Assembly: GCA_028023455.1 (NCBI GenBank) | Contig: JAQFVV010000002.1 | Coordinates: forward strand, 4,588,001-4,652,000 | DNA: 64,000 nucleotides | From: Epiperipatus broadwayi | Lineage: Eukaryota; Animalia; Onychophora | Direction of reading: 5' to 3' | In this document: in pieces, positions 40,160-52,950 of the stretch | Numbering within the stretch: position 1 is the stretch's first letter | How the letters are laid out: every line of letters starts with the position of its first letter | Program-made: the position numbers and the translations under genes | The notes under the pieces: generated by a model | The model's input: the letters and a program-made list of their open reading frames with translations, nothing else | The model's database searches: none | What the model was told of the DNA's origin: nothing

Positions 40160-42250
40160 ATGGTGATAAAGATTTGAGTATGGAGTTTTTAACTTATAGG
40201 TTAGAAACAAAAGCATTTATCTTTAGTCTTAGTTTTGTACTTTCATCTAATAGCTTAGAATCATTCTTGAAATTTTGAAACTTTACTTTCAAAAATAATT
40301 GCAACATCTACAAAATCTGAACGATTTAAATAATCTCCATTTACTTTTACTCTTTAGCTTCCCATTATAAGCCACAAAATATTTTTTATAAAATTGCAGT
40401 AAAATGTTTGTTTTAGATATGGAGTCACTGTGTCATACATTTTTTAATATTAATCTTTTTAAAGTCACTATGTAATCTAATCATTGCTTTTACATTATGA
40501 TAAATGTCCATCAGAATATAGAAATATTGTAGGATTATACTTTCATGTTTCAATCCTTTAATCACTGCAGAAATTCTCATAGAATCAAATTGTTTTTTTT
40601 AATAATCTATAAACGCAATTCATTGGTCCTTTGTATAACTTCTCTCAATACTTGAATGGAATCCACTTTGCCAAAACCACTTTTAAATCTACCTTGTTCT
40701 GCTGTTTGGCTAAAGTCCAAAGTTTTCTGTTGGCAATTTCAGCATTCTTTTAACCATCTGGTATATCTTTATCATTTAACTTTGCTAATAGTTTTTCTAT
40801 TTCTTTATCTGCTCTTTTAAGATATCTGTTATAATTCCATCATTACCTAGAACTTTTTTCTTCTTTATACATTTCATTGCATGTCTCACTTCATTTAAAT
40901 ATTGAGCAATTTGGAAAATATAAAATTATGTGGATACTTTTTCTTGTCCTTTATTGCTATATAAATTCTTTATAGAACTTTTTTATACATTTCATGACAT
41001 CATCTCTCTTTTTAGTAATAGTTCTATATAAACTTGTTATTGCATAAATAAATTTCCTTCTAATATTATTCTGTTGTTTTATACTTATGATATTTTTATT
41101 TTCTTCTAGAGCTTTTCTTTCTAATATACAATTATATTTTTATATATAATTTTTAACATTTTTATATCATTTTAAAAAACTCTAAATATTTAATTTTTCT
41201 TAATGGACCATTTTTTATATTTTCATATTCCTTTCTTTCTTTATACATTGTGTTATCCCAGTAAAAAATTTACTGGACAACTGATGCTATTTTTGTACAA
41301 CTTAAGTTGTAATTTAAATTTTTTGCAATGTTTTTGAATATTAGGAATATCAATTTTGAATACCAATTTCCTCAGTAATTTTTGTTTATATATTTTGCAT
41401 CTCACTAACTGATTATCAGTTCATGTGCTGAATTTAAGAACATTCCAATCTTTCTTTATACATATATTTTCTGTTAATCAAAATATAATTCAATTCTGCT
41501 ATTTTACATTTGGATACTTGCAGGCCTATTTTCATTTAGTATTTTTTTCAAAGAAAAAATTCATATTGTATAGTTTTTCTTTTTTTATGAACTCCATAAG
41601 TTTGTGTTCTTTTTCATTTTTATCATCAAAACCAATTTTATCTATAACACTTTCATTTTTCAATCATTCCAATAACCACCATTTTAAAATGTTATTTGAT
41701 CTGATCAAACATCTTTTTATACATCCTCATAATCACAATGAGAATTTGTTGAGGCATATACATGAATTATATGCATTTTATATTTTCCATTAAGTTGAAT
41801 AGTTTATCTTGCCACTCTGACTCATACACAATCAGTCTCCACTCAGCGACTCTCCCACTTTTTATTTATAATTAATCCCACTCTACTTGTACTTCCAATA
41901 TTGTAGTAAAATACATGGTCATTTTTAAAATCAATTGTCTTTTTACCTTTTCTTCTAACTTCATAAAGTCCAATAATTCCCCTTTTAATATTAAATAGTT
42001 CTTCTTCAAATTTTTGCAATCTTTCTTCACTTGAAAGTGATCTTCAGTTGTAAGTAGCTAAGTAAAACATCATTGAATTACAGTTTGGGTCCACAATTGG
42101 GATATTGTTTGCACTCTCTGCCTTTATCTGCCAACTGCTGCTTTGTCTGGTGACTTTACTGCCTTCTTGAAATATAAGCTGTAATTTACCACTGTCTGTT
42201 ATGATTTTAATTATTTACTTAAAATTTTTTATTCACACACATATATTCTG
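40160..42250 (-). mobile_element. Degenerate RTE-clade LINE ORF2 (APE to RT), same family as 62022-62807
   Basis: Minus strand: GIIGLYEVRR (~41965; APE IIGLSEVRR) and VKVNGDYLNRSDFVDV (~40340), nearly identical to MKVNGDYLNHLDFADDV at 62796. Confidence 0.75.
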
Positions 42251-42299
42251 CCATCAAAAAAACTCAACTGCACTTTAGTTAAGAGCTATTAAGCAACAG

Positions 42300-43250
42300 A
42301 GAAAAAACCCCAATGGTGTTTCTTGCTCTTAAATTTATAGATAAAAATCCAATAAACCAACTATTCTGACTGATGCATTTTAGTGCATAGTGGATCCATG
42401 TTCATATGATAATTATTTAGGTAGTAATGACAGCTGCATCATCAAGAATGTAATGGAATTGACATTAAAGAATTTTCCCTACTTTTTAGGTGTCAAAAAA
42501 AAATCAAAGTGTATCCTTTTATCTAATGGCAATCTTCTTTCTGCTGTGAATTGGATTACAATGCTGAAAAGAAATTTCAATTTAAATAACTATTAGAACA
42601 GGCAGGAGTTTAAACTAATATAGTATTATTGATTAAAGACTTCAATATCCATGAAGATAAAAGGTAAATTAAAATCAAGAAAACTTAATTATATCAAAAA
42701 AATATCTGTACATATGTTTGGAATTGAGCAAAGAAGATATTCCTTAAAGCATAATCTAAATATAAAGAAAGAGAGAGACATGAAGTTGTTGTTGCATAAT
42801 GAAGTTATTCATTTAGTTATCTTAGTATTCATTTTTAATACAAACTTTGTTAAGCTTACCTCATTATTTCTGCAATCTTTACCATACCTTTGGCAAATAT
42901 GGTAAATTAATCCTTCTATTACCAGAACTAATCTTATCCTTATCAATCAACATTTAATAACTCAACTAAACACACTTTCAATATTGATTCCTTTTTAAAA
43001 AGACTATTTAGTTATCCATATATCTTCTGATTTATATAAAAATCTTTAAACAATCGACTTTCCTTCCAGTCTATACTTCTTATTTCAAATACTTCCAATA
43101 AAATAACTCAAATTTATACTATCAAATATCTTTGTAAGATCAGTAAAATTAATGTTATTCTTTATATTTGTCGAACAATTTGTGGTGATAACATTTTACT
43201 TTGATTAGATGCTGAACTATTTTAATCAACTAGTTGAATTTTTAAATGTT
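42300..43250 (-). mobile_element. Probable very old LINE RT fragments
   Basis: Minus strand ILDDAAVITT (~42430) and WKESRL (~43045); otherwise heavily decayed. Confidence 0.3.
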
Positions 43251-43849
43251 TTTAGAGAAATTTCAGACTTTGTTTGTAGCTTTCTACATATAGTCAACTA
43301 TTAATAATAACTTAACAAACTTTTAACTATTAATAATAACACACAGGTTAATAATGAACACAATGTTCTGTGTGGTCTTATTTTCCTTTCCTTTTTAGAT
43401 ATTTCTGGACTGATCAGTGACAGACAGTATGAGAAATGAACTGGTGACTTTTAGATTAGAATAGCCTAGTTGATTAGAATGTTGTTTTAAATTTAATATT
43501 TATATATCTAAAGATTATCAATTCAATTTGTATGCTAGCTGCCATTACTTAGACCAGCAATATCTGAAGAATAGAGAATAACAATTTAATGTATATTTTA
43601 TTTTAACCTGTGTATTATTAGTAACAGTTGAGTGAATTTAAAATGTTATGAATAAAGTTTGATTTTTTTTCTAAAAACATTCAACAATTCAACTAGAAGA
43701 TGAAAATAGTACAACATATTGATACAAAAAGAAATACAATTTTCTCTTTCTCTCTCTCTCTATATATATATATATTTAACCATCAAAATATCACATGATC
43801 ATCATTTCTTATGCTACACATGCTGTTAATAAGAGTATCAAACTCTCCA

Positions 43850-43919
43850 TACAGTAGTGTTCCCAAAACTTCTTGCATTCATTGAATATAAAGACTTGCA
43901 CTTGGTGGCACTACTGTAT
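43850..43919. mobile_element. Tiny element with TA-CAGTAGT inverted ends (Tc1/mariner-type MITE-like)
   Basis: tacagtagtg...caactactgta. The right end (reverse complement tacagtagttgccaccaagtgcaag) also matches tacagtagtgccactcggtgcaag at 48092. Confidence 0.5.
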
Positions 43920-43939
43920 ATATATATATATATATATCA

Positions 43940-44520
43940 ATTATGTTAATAAAAAGTAGGGAGTTGGAGAAATGGAGAACTAGTTTAGAGAGTAAAAAGA
44001 GTTTACCTATTTATAAAAGTAAACAGAATATTGAGTGCAAGTTAATTTATGATAATAGCAAGGAAAGTAGTTTACTGTTTAATACTCAAACAGGATCCTT
44101 AGCAACAAGGGAATATACACAAAAATGGAAAAATATGGGTGATTTAGTCTGCAAGTTGTGTAAGGAAGCATAGAAAATATTAGGCATTTGTTAATTGAAT
44201 GTAAATGCCTGAAAGCAGAAAGGGTACAATTAATGAATTTGTTGAAGAATAAATATAAGCAAAGTGATTATACAGAAAGTGTTTTATTGGTTTTTATGCT
44301 GGGTTTGGGAAAAGACAATGGGGATTTATATATAAAGGCCATGGAGTTGACAAAGATTATGTTGTGGAAATGGGATGAAGCAGGATAGATAAGAATATGG
44401 GAAAACTTAGGATGGGGAATGGAAAGGGGAGTCAATATGGCTAACAGGTTTCTCTGAGCATAGTTGCTGAGAGATTCCTGACTCCATATAAGGAAAAGTC
44501 ACAGTGCATCACATCACATA
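43940..44520 (+). mobile_element. 5'-truncated LINE 3' end: zf-RVT region, structured 3' UTR and (CATCA)n-like tail
   Basis: Track ORFs 43943..44173 and 44188..44388 join as YDNSKESSLLFNTQTGSLATR...CKLCKEA*ENIRHLLIEC (C-X2-C-X8-H-X4-C). Tail catcacatcacata at 44507-44520. Confidence 0.85.
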
Positions 44521-44599
44521 ACCACATTTTCCTCATCAACTTCAGTTGCATTTTTGTAGCTCTGTCTTTTTAAAACCAAAACATCTTAACTATATGAGG

Positions 44600-46330
44600 A
44601 TTTTAGCTAATTGTTACAAAATCTTCAGATTTCATTGAATTAATATTTTTTTAGAGTTAATCGTTGAAAAAGAGTCTATTGATCATTCTTTTAATTCATG
44701 AATTACATTATAAATATCAAGCCACTTTTTGTCAACTCTCTTCTCTTATATTTTTTATTAATAAATCAACTAAAAATCTTGTAATCATTAATTTGCCTTA
44801 TCAGTTTTCACTTTTTTAAATGTATTTACAATTTTACTCTTTACTATTACACAATTTATTTTATCCTTTATACATATTTTTATAGAATTAATATATATAT
44901 GATATCTTATTATTTTTATTATATTAATAATTGATATATATATTTCATATTTTCTCAATGCACTTACTTTCTTATTAATATTTAACATTTTCATTTTCAC
45001 TTATTTAATTTTGAAACTGTGTCTTTTTCACTGAAGTCGTTTATTATTATCTAAAGTAAACAAAACATTTTTTTTTTTATAATTTATCTATTTTCTTGTA
45101 TTTTTATTCTGGCCACAATTCATTATGAATATTTGTTTGCATATATTTATTTTTTACAATATATCTTCCCATCTTTTTTGTTATATATTATGCCATTATT
45201 AATACAAGTCTTTTCATTCTCTTATTTTATTTACAACATGCAGTCTCTACTGCAGCATCCTTTAAATTTTACTTGATTAATACTTATATCTTATTTGAAG
45301 TAATTTATCAATTACATTATTATTATATCATTATTATTATTTTTATACAATAACTCTGAACATTTTTTAACTTTTTCTTTTAATTTTTAAATTGTACTTT
45401 TTTTTTCTTTGTTTAAACTCTTATATTTTAAAAATTAATCTTATTGTCAGCAACCATTAAATTGGGATCAGCATCTATATTAACCATAGAGTGTGCAATA
45501 TATTATTAATACTGCTTTTAAACTTATTTTGAATCAAAAGATAATCTCCTGGAGCTTTTATGTATTGGTAATTTTTAAACCATTTGCTCAAGCTATTACA
45601 ATAATTTCTTTACAAAATACACCAATCTTTTATTTTTTTCCTTTGTTAACTTCAACCAAAATTCATTAATTTTATCAGCTTTTTCCTGTTTTTCCACAAT
45701 GTTACAATCCCAATTACCATTATATAACTAATTTTAAATTACTTTTAATTATAGTTATGTTTTTCATAAATATTTTCTTATTTCATTATCATTATAATTG
45801 CTAGTTGACATGTTTCTTCTAAATAATGTTTTTTTGGTCTTGCTTTTAACCTTGCTATCATAAATGTATTTTATTAGAGTTGTTTTGGTAGTTAAAACAA
45901 TACCTACAATGCTATATCCAGTGTTTAATGCAGATTATTTAAACCTTCTTCAGTATTTTCTTCAATCTATTTTATGTCACAGAGACCTATGACGTAAAAT
46001 CTTTTTCCAACAGTGACAATATACTTAGTAATACATCTATTTTTTATTGTAATGAAATTTCATGTATAACATTTTTAATTTTAATAACTTTCATTAATTA
46101 ATCACAACTGATTTGATAGAATCAATATTGGGAATGTCCATGGGAATAGTTTTCTATTAGCTTTCTCATGTCATCTAAAGTGTAATTTTAAATATACCTT
46201 CATATTAAACTTTTCAATTTTTATATATAGAAGACGTACCTAAAATTTTTATTGTATTTCCATATTCTTGAAACATAAAAATTAAAACATTTAAAAAAAG
46301 TAAATGACCTACAAGATGCATTTCACTTTG
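44600..46330 (-). mobile_element. Probable highly decayed LINE endonuclease region
   Basis: Strong T-rich plus / A-rich minus skew, with faint motifs VIGDCNI (~45715) and GIVL (~45900). Confidence 0.3.
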
Positions 46331-46867
46331 AACTAGCATTCTTCATTTGGACAAGGTCACAATTTTTTACACATGCCTTCATCATTTGTTTAGGATTTTT
46401 CACTGTTAAGATATTACAATTTGATTTATTAATCTTTAATATATTTAATTAAAGTTGAAAGTACTAAAGGTGTGAGTGCAAAAAGTTTGGCAATTGCAAA
46501 GCAAATTGTATTAATACACACACAAACTTTAATCAAATATTGAGTTATTAACACAGGAATGGAGATTCAAGTATGTGATACTTCTAGTTCATATAATCAA
46601 TGAAGGTTTCTGCATAGTGAAAGAGATTAGTCTGAGTTTCTGTGCAGGTGAATATTTGCAATATGGGGAAATTGAGATGAGGAATATACTAATAAAAACA
46701 AAAAAAATCTCAAATATGTGTACACATATTTTAAATCTGTCTAATGTTTGCAGTCAAATTTAATACTAATACTTAACTATATAAAATTAAAAAAAACACT
46801 GGACAATATTTATTTTTTTAAAAAATAGGAGAGAATATTTCATAATATATCTACTAAAATCATTTTT

Positions 46868-47296
46868 AAATATATTAAATTTATTAAGCACAAGCAGATG
46901 ATATAATAATAATGTAAAAGGCTGAAAACCTTTGACTGATGTGCCTTAAAAATACTTATGTGATAGCCAATCAGATGTAATAATGATTGCATGTGGAACT
47001 CTCAATTCAAAAACACAAGCCAGCAATATGAGAAAAAGATGGAACCCACCTTCTTCTCTACTTAAAATTTATAAATAAATAATCCAGACTCAAGCATTCT
47101 GAACTAAGAGCATGAATCTTAAAACACCTTCACATTTAATTCACTAAATATTATATATAAATAAACAACATGGAATATTTAGATTTACTATGAAGCAATC
47201 TTTAAATTTAATGAAATGATAGTAACAAATGTAAATATATTAAATTTATTAAGCGCAAGCAGATGATAGAATAATAACGTGAAAGGCTGAAACCTT
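46868..47296. repeat. ~65-bp direct repeat pair (46868-46932 and 47233-47296)
   Basis: aaatatattaaatttattaagc(a/g)caagcagatgata(t/g)aataataa(t/c)gt(a/g)aaaggctgaaa(a)cctt. Confidence 0.9.
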
Positions 47297-50200
47297 AATT
47301 TATAACATTTAACCAAAAATAAAATCCATAAATAAGTACTAGATACTAACTTATGGATTCATCCTCAATAGAATTAATTTTTATTTATATATTTTATTTT
47401 TGTATATAAATTTTTATAAGATTAAATCCATTTCTTACATATATTATAAAAGTTCATAATTTCAGTCAATAAAAAAACAAAATTTAATTTATTTAAACAA
47501 AGAATCATCGAAATAGATATCACATTACAAATATGATGCATTTTTATATTTCTTATCATCTTACAATTTTTATATGCATTTGACTAAGTGCTATCATTTC
47601 CATTTTATAATTGTGATTGAAAATCAAAACAAATTTTAAATTCTTTTCTAAAATAAACATTTCTATCAGATCCAAATAACTACTAATAAAATGTACCATA
47701 TTACATTCTATTTACTATAATAAAAACTACAATTACCCAATTTCTCACACTCACATATAAACTTTAAACTTAATTAAAAATTAGCATATGATTTTTTATT
47801 AAATTTAATCACAGAATATTATTAATCAAAGTTCTTCTCTTTTTATTCCCCATGTGTAATATTTTATATATACTTAAAACATCTATTCCATGCACAGGTA
47901 CACATTTCATAAACACACCAATAAAGACATTGAAAAAAAATAACCTTCCTAAGATTCATTTATGGCTGAACTAGAATTCTTCATTTGGTTCAGGTAATAA
48001 TTTCTCACACATCTTTATCATTTGTACTCAGTATTTATAAAAATCATATTATTACAATTTATCTGCAAGTTAAAACAGGCAAAACTCTCCATACAGTAGT
48101 GCCACTCGGTGCAAGCCAGAGTAATCAATGGTGATCATGTGATGCTACCTGTAAGTTCTACATTTGTTCAGGTCACACATTTGACATTTGCCTTAAATAA
48201 ATATATTAATGATTATTATTTATCACTTATTAGATTAAAAAATATAGACGTTTTAAGTATATCTAAGATATTATACTTAGAAAAAAAGAAAAGGAGTTTG
48301 ATTAATGATTCCATCTAGTGTATTTAATAAACATAGATATATTAATTTTTAATTAAGTTTACATTTCATAGTTAGACTAAATGTAATATGATATTCTCTA
48401 GTCAAATAAATAATTAAAAATGATTTAATGTAATATACGGATATTGTAAAATGAGTGAGGATAAAAGAATCTTCCATTTGTAAATTAGATTGTAATAGTT
48501 TGTCAGTAATAAATATTGAACAAAAAATGATAAAAAAAACATGAAAGACCATGACTTGGACCAATTGAAAAGTTGTAGTTCAATCAGATAGGCATCTTGA
48601 GAGTCATTTATCTTGTTTAAGCATTATTATCCATGGGTTTGAGTATGTTTATAGAATAAAAGTTTTAATTATATCTATCACACATTCACATTGGGCAGAA
48701 AAGAAAAAATAGTTTAATTAAAAATACCTTGTGGTAGTGTTTAATAAAAGTAGAAATTCATTTTTAATTAAGTTTAAAGTTTATATCTGGTTTAAAAAAT
48801 ATAGTAATCTAAATGTTAAATGTTGAATTGATATTGTCAATTGTGAAAGTGTAAGAAATCTGGCATTTATGGATTAAATTGTAATTATTTGATATTGACA
48901 CATATTAAACAAAGATAATTGATATATATATATATTGTAATGGGATGGGGTGGGTGATATGATGGTAGAAGAAAGGGGACTGAAACTGGATGATGGAACA
49001 ATCATCATTACCACTGTCAATTTAAAATGAAATACAAATAGTTTTCAAAAATATATATAAGTAATATAGTATTTTATAAAAGTAAAATGAGATTAGAGAA
49101 TCTCTGAGAACATTGAGTGATCAGCCAGCTAACTCAGAAGATCAACTAAAATATAATTATAAATTCAACCAGCATTATAAAGTAAAAGTAACTATAAATA
49201 AATACTCAAGAGAAATAACCATCCATCATCATCATTGATGGGAATAAACAAATTAGTACAATAAATCAGAATAAAATCAACAGACCATCTTGAGGCTGAA
49301 TTGAAAATGGGTCTTCTTTAGACCAGGCTAACTATTGAGCCTTTGCCAGCTTGGGCAATTATTTGAACATAACTTGGATGCACCATTTAAGTGCCCATCC
49401 ATTAAAATACATAATAATCAGAAATCAAAACAATAATGCTGTGACATTAAAACATGCTGATCATCATCAATGTTCTGGCCACTTGTATTGGCCAACTATA
49501 AATGTAAATTTTTAATAAGACTAAAGTAAAATAAAAGATAGTTCATGGGCTTTAAAGAGTATCCTCTTTTGTGCCAACCAGGATGATGATTGATCATCTC
49601 TGGATGCCCCAAAGCACTAAATACACATCCCCATTTATATATTCATCCTGCGCTTGAATCTAGTTCAGAGAACACAAGGCTCTATTACTGTATGTGAACA
49701 AGAGATGATGGAAACAATTTTAACAGTTAAATACAAGTTTATTAATAACAAAAAAATGAATGATATTTAAGATCTTATAAGATAAGGCTCTGATTTTGAA
49801 AAGTATACAAAATTATATACACAACTAAAGTTGTTACATCAATTACATTATTTCTTAATTAGTTTCTATAATGCATATATATATATCCGTACACAGATGT
49901 GCATTTTATAATATATGATGAAGACATTTCAATTAAACATAAAATAATTATTACATTTGTGATTTACATAATTACTATTCAAAATTTAAATTATTACATT
50001 AATTTACATATATGTGTGCACAGACGCGCAATTTATAATATACAATTAATATTCACTAACAAAAAAATGATTATAATTTTACATATATGAGTGTGCGTGT
50101 ATATATGCACACTGGGTTTTACCTATTTAAACTTGTTACAATAATAATTTTTTTTTTCATAATCCATTTGGAAAACATAAATTTCACACAAAATATGTGT

Positions 50201-52759
50201 GTATAAACAAAATATATAATTAAAATTAGTTTCAATGTAAAAGTTCTTTTTTTTTCCTTAAAAAAAAGTATAGTCAATTTTTGACAGGTATTTGTTGATT
50301 AATTAACAATGTTTTTAAGTTAAATTATTGAATAATCAATTCTTTACTTTTTTAATTTTGTAGATTCTCGCAAAGTTATTTGCTTGTTTGCCTCACTTTT
50401 AAAATGTTTCTTTTTAATAAATGAAAGTTAATATCGTTTTATAGAATCAAAAAAATATATAATTTTTAAAATGTCTTTCTGCTTGATTAGTTAATGCTAA
50501 TGAAGTAGGCAAGGTGAGAGAGGAAAAGTGAATATGTGAACTGCAGCTCTTCATGCCATGATAAGTAGACAGACAAGCATGGACTAAGTACACAATGCCC
50601 CATGATGTCGAAAGAAAATACCTCATTTTTAAGCTCTGCCCCTTCTAAGTACCTAAACAGATCATCCACAAGAAATAGTATCCAGAAAAAAAATATCAGA
50701 TACTGAACCAGCTCTGCTCATCTCTTGTGAGTCTTAGGGGCTTTAGAGGAGGTCTATTCATGAGACCAAAGCCTATTCATGAGGCCCACATATACACCAC
50801 TGGACTACCCTGGGAGCTCAATATCTAGGTCTAGACAGTGCCAAACATATACTTTGGAGCACCATGAACATACCGCATTCAGACACCCCTGCTCAACTAT
50901 ACACCCACTATAAACATAAAAAGAACAAATTCACGTATCACTTTTAAAATGTCATTTTACTAAAGAAATTAAAGAAATTATTTAAAATTTCATTATTATA
51001 TATAACTCTACTCATCTCAGCTGTATATATATTTATCTGGGCTTCTCTGCCTTTAGATAGTCAGAATATATATAATTATTTATTAAGCAAGCTGGTTCTT
51101 TTGGTTCATTAGAAAAATATAATCCATGTCTGTTGTCATCATCAAGTAAAAGTATATATTTCAGGTATGGTTGGCTTTTTTCTTCTGTAGTCAGTTTCAC
51201 TTATACTTGGATTTTGTAAGCTTCAGGTCAACAAGCTGTTTTCCAGAACACTTTTAAGGCTATAAATTACTAAGAATCTTGACCCATTTCCTTCATGTAA
51301 ATGCAAACTCCTCCAGTGAACTGTAGAGTAGCCACTTCCTTGCATTCTTAAATCTTCATGGCAGTTCTCTTGATAATTATTTTAGCCATCTTTGCAGCTA
51401 GCTTTACAATGGCCATTTTCTGCTACAGTTACCAACTCTTCACAAAATATTTTAGCCAACTTTACAAAACTGCAAGCCAAACTGTTCTCTTTAAAATCAC
51501 TATCCAAACTGGAGCTAATTTGTTATCAGCTCTTTTATAGAATCATCTAAGGTGATAACAGCAGCTTGATTAAAAACAGACTTTCTATTTTTATCTCACT
51601 AATCTCTTTGAAAACATATACATGTTTTTACTTAGGGGATTTAGGGTGTTTTTAAATTTCAAAATCAGAGTAATAATTAATAATAATGCAATATTTATAT
51701 TTATTCAGATCTTTTTAAAATATTAATTTCATAATGAAATTTTACTTTAAACCCAGAGTTATTTACCCCTTTACTTATTATTTTAGGAAATATAAAAAAA
51801 ATCTACAAAAATTTATGTCTATGTTTATTTCTACTTTTCCTTTATTTTACGTATATATTTATGCACACACACTATATTAGTGTATGCTATGTAAGCCAAC
51901 TGGTTACAATATATATATATAAGGTTATTACTTGTGCCAACTGAAGATGACAGGTTTAGACAGAAATGCATTTTCAGGTCATTTAATTTTTTTTAATATT
52001 TTTATTCAAATATTTAAATGCATGTGTATGTGGAATACATCTAAAACATTACATGCTTCCCTCTTCAGATAATTAAATATTAATTAATCTCTAGTTTACT
52101 TTGTCTTCATCTTTTCTTATTACACTATTCAAAAGTATGTAGAGGTCTATGCCTTGTAAAGTATAAGAAGATTCAACATGCTAAATATTGATTTTAAATA
52201 CAAGTAATGAGAAACTGTATTAATAAAGGCAAAAATAAAATAAGTTCTGTTTGTTCAATTCTGAATATATATATAAATACACACACACACACTCTTCAAC
52301 AACTTTATTAAAATCTTCAACAAAAGAAAACATGTCATTTTATCTTAACTGCCATTTTGATGTAAAATATTTCGGTCAGCAAAGACATTTATATAATTAG
52401 CATAAATTACTAATGCATGCCATTTGGCTTTAAATTTTAATAAATTTATGCACTTTACTTGAAAATATGAAAAATTGATTTTGAAAGGTTTTTTTTTTTT
52501 TTAAACAAAAAAGCACATTTTAATTAGTTTATACTACTTAACATAGTGAATTAATTCTAAAATGTTATATTCTTAATCTCTTTTCTTATACATATATATA
52601 AAGTCTAGAAAAATAATATTACATAAGTAAATAAGAATGTATTGAAATAAATTGGATGAATAAATAGCTAGCTAGATATATAATCATACACACATATAAA
52701 AATGAAATTAATTACAAATGTGCACATAATTAATCAATTAATTTCATAGCATAGTATAT

Positions 52760-52950
52760 ATATATGTTGTTAAGAAAGTTGAACATTATAATGTAGCAAA
52801 AGAGTACTCATCATCATCAGAATTTTTTTCATACTATGGACATTGGGTACAATATAGATTTTTCTAGTACTCAGATGTGAGACTAACCATTAGGAAAGAA
52901 TCAGAGAGGCCATCAATATTTTTAAGAAACCATTAAAATTAATTAATAAT
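52760..52950 (+). mobile_element. Penelope-like element C-terminal remnant
   Basis: IDFSSTQM...RIREAINIFKK, matching the PLE GIY-YIG tail pattern H..DF....L...RKIREAIEI.K. Confidence 0.5.
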
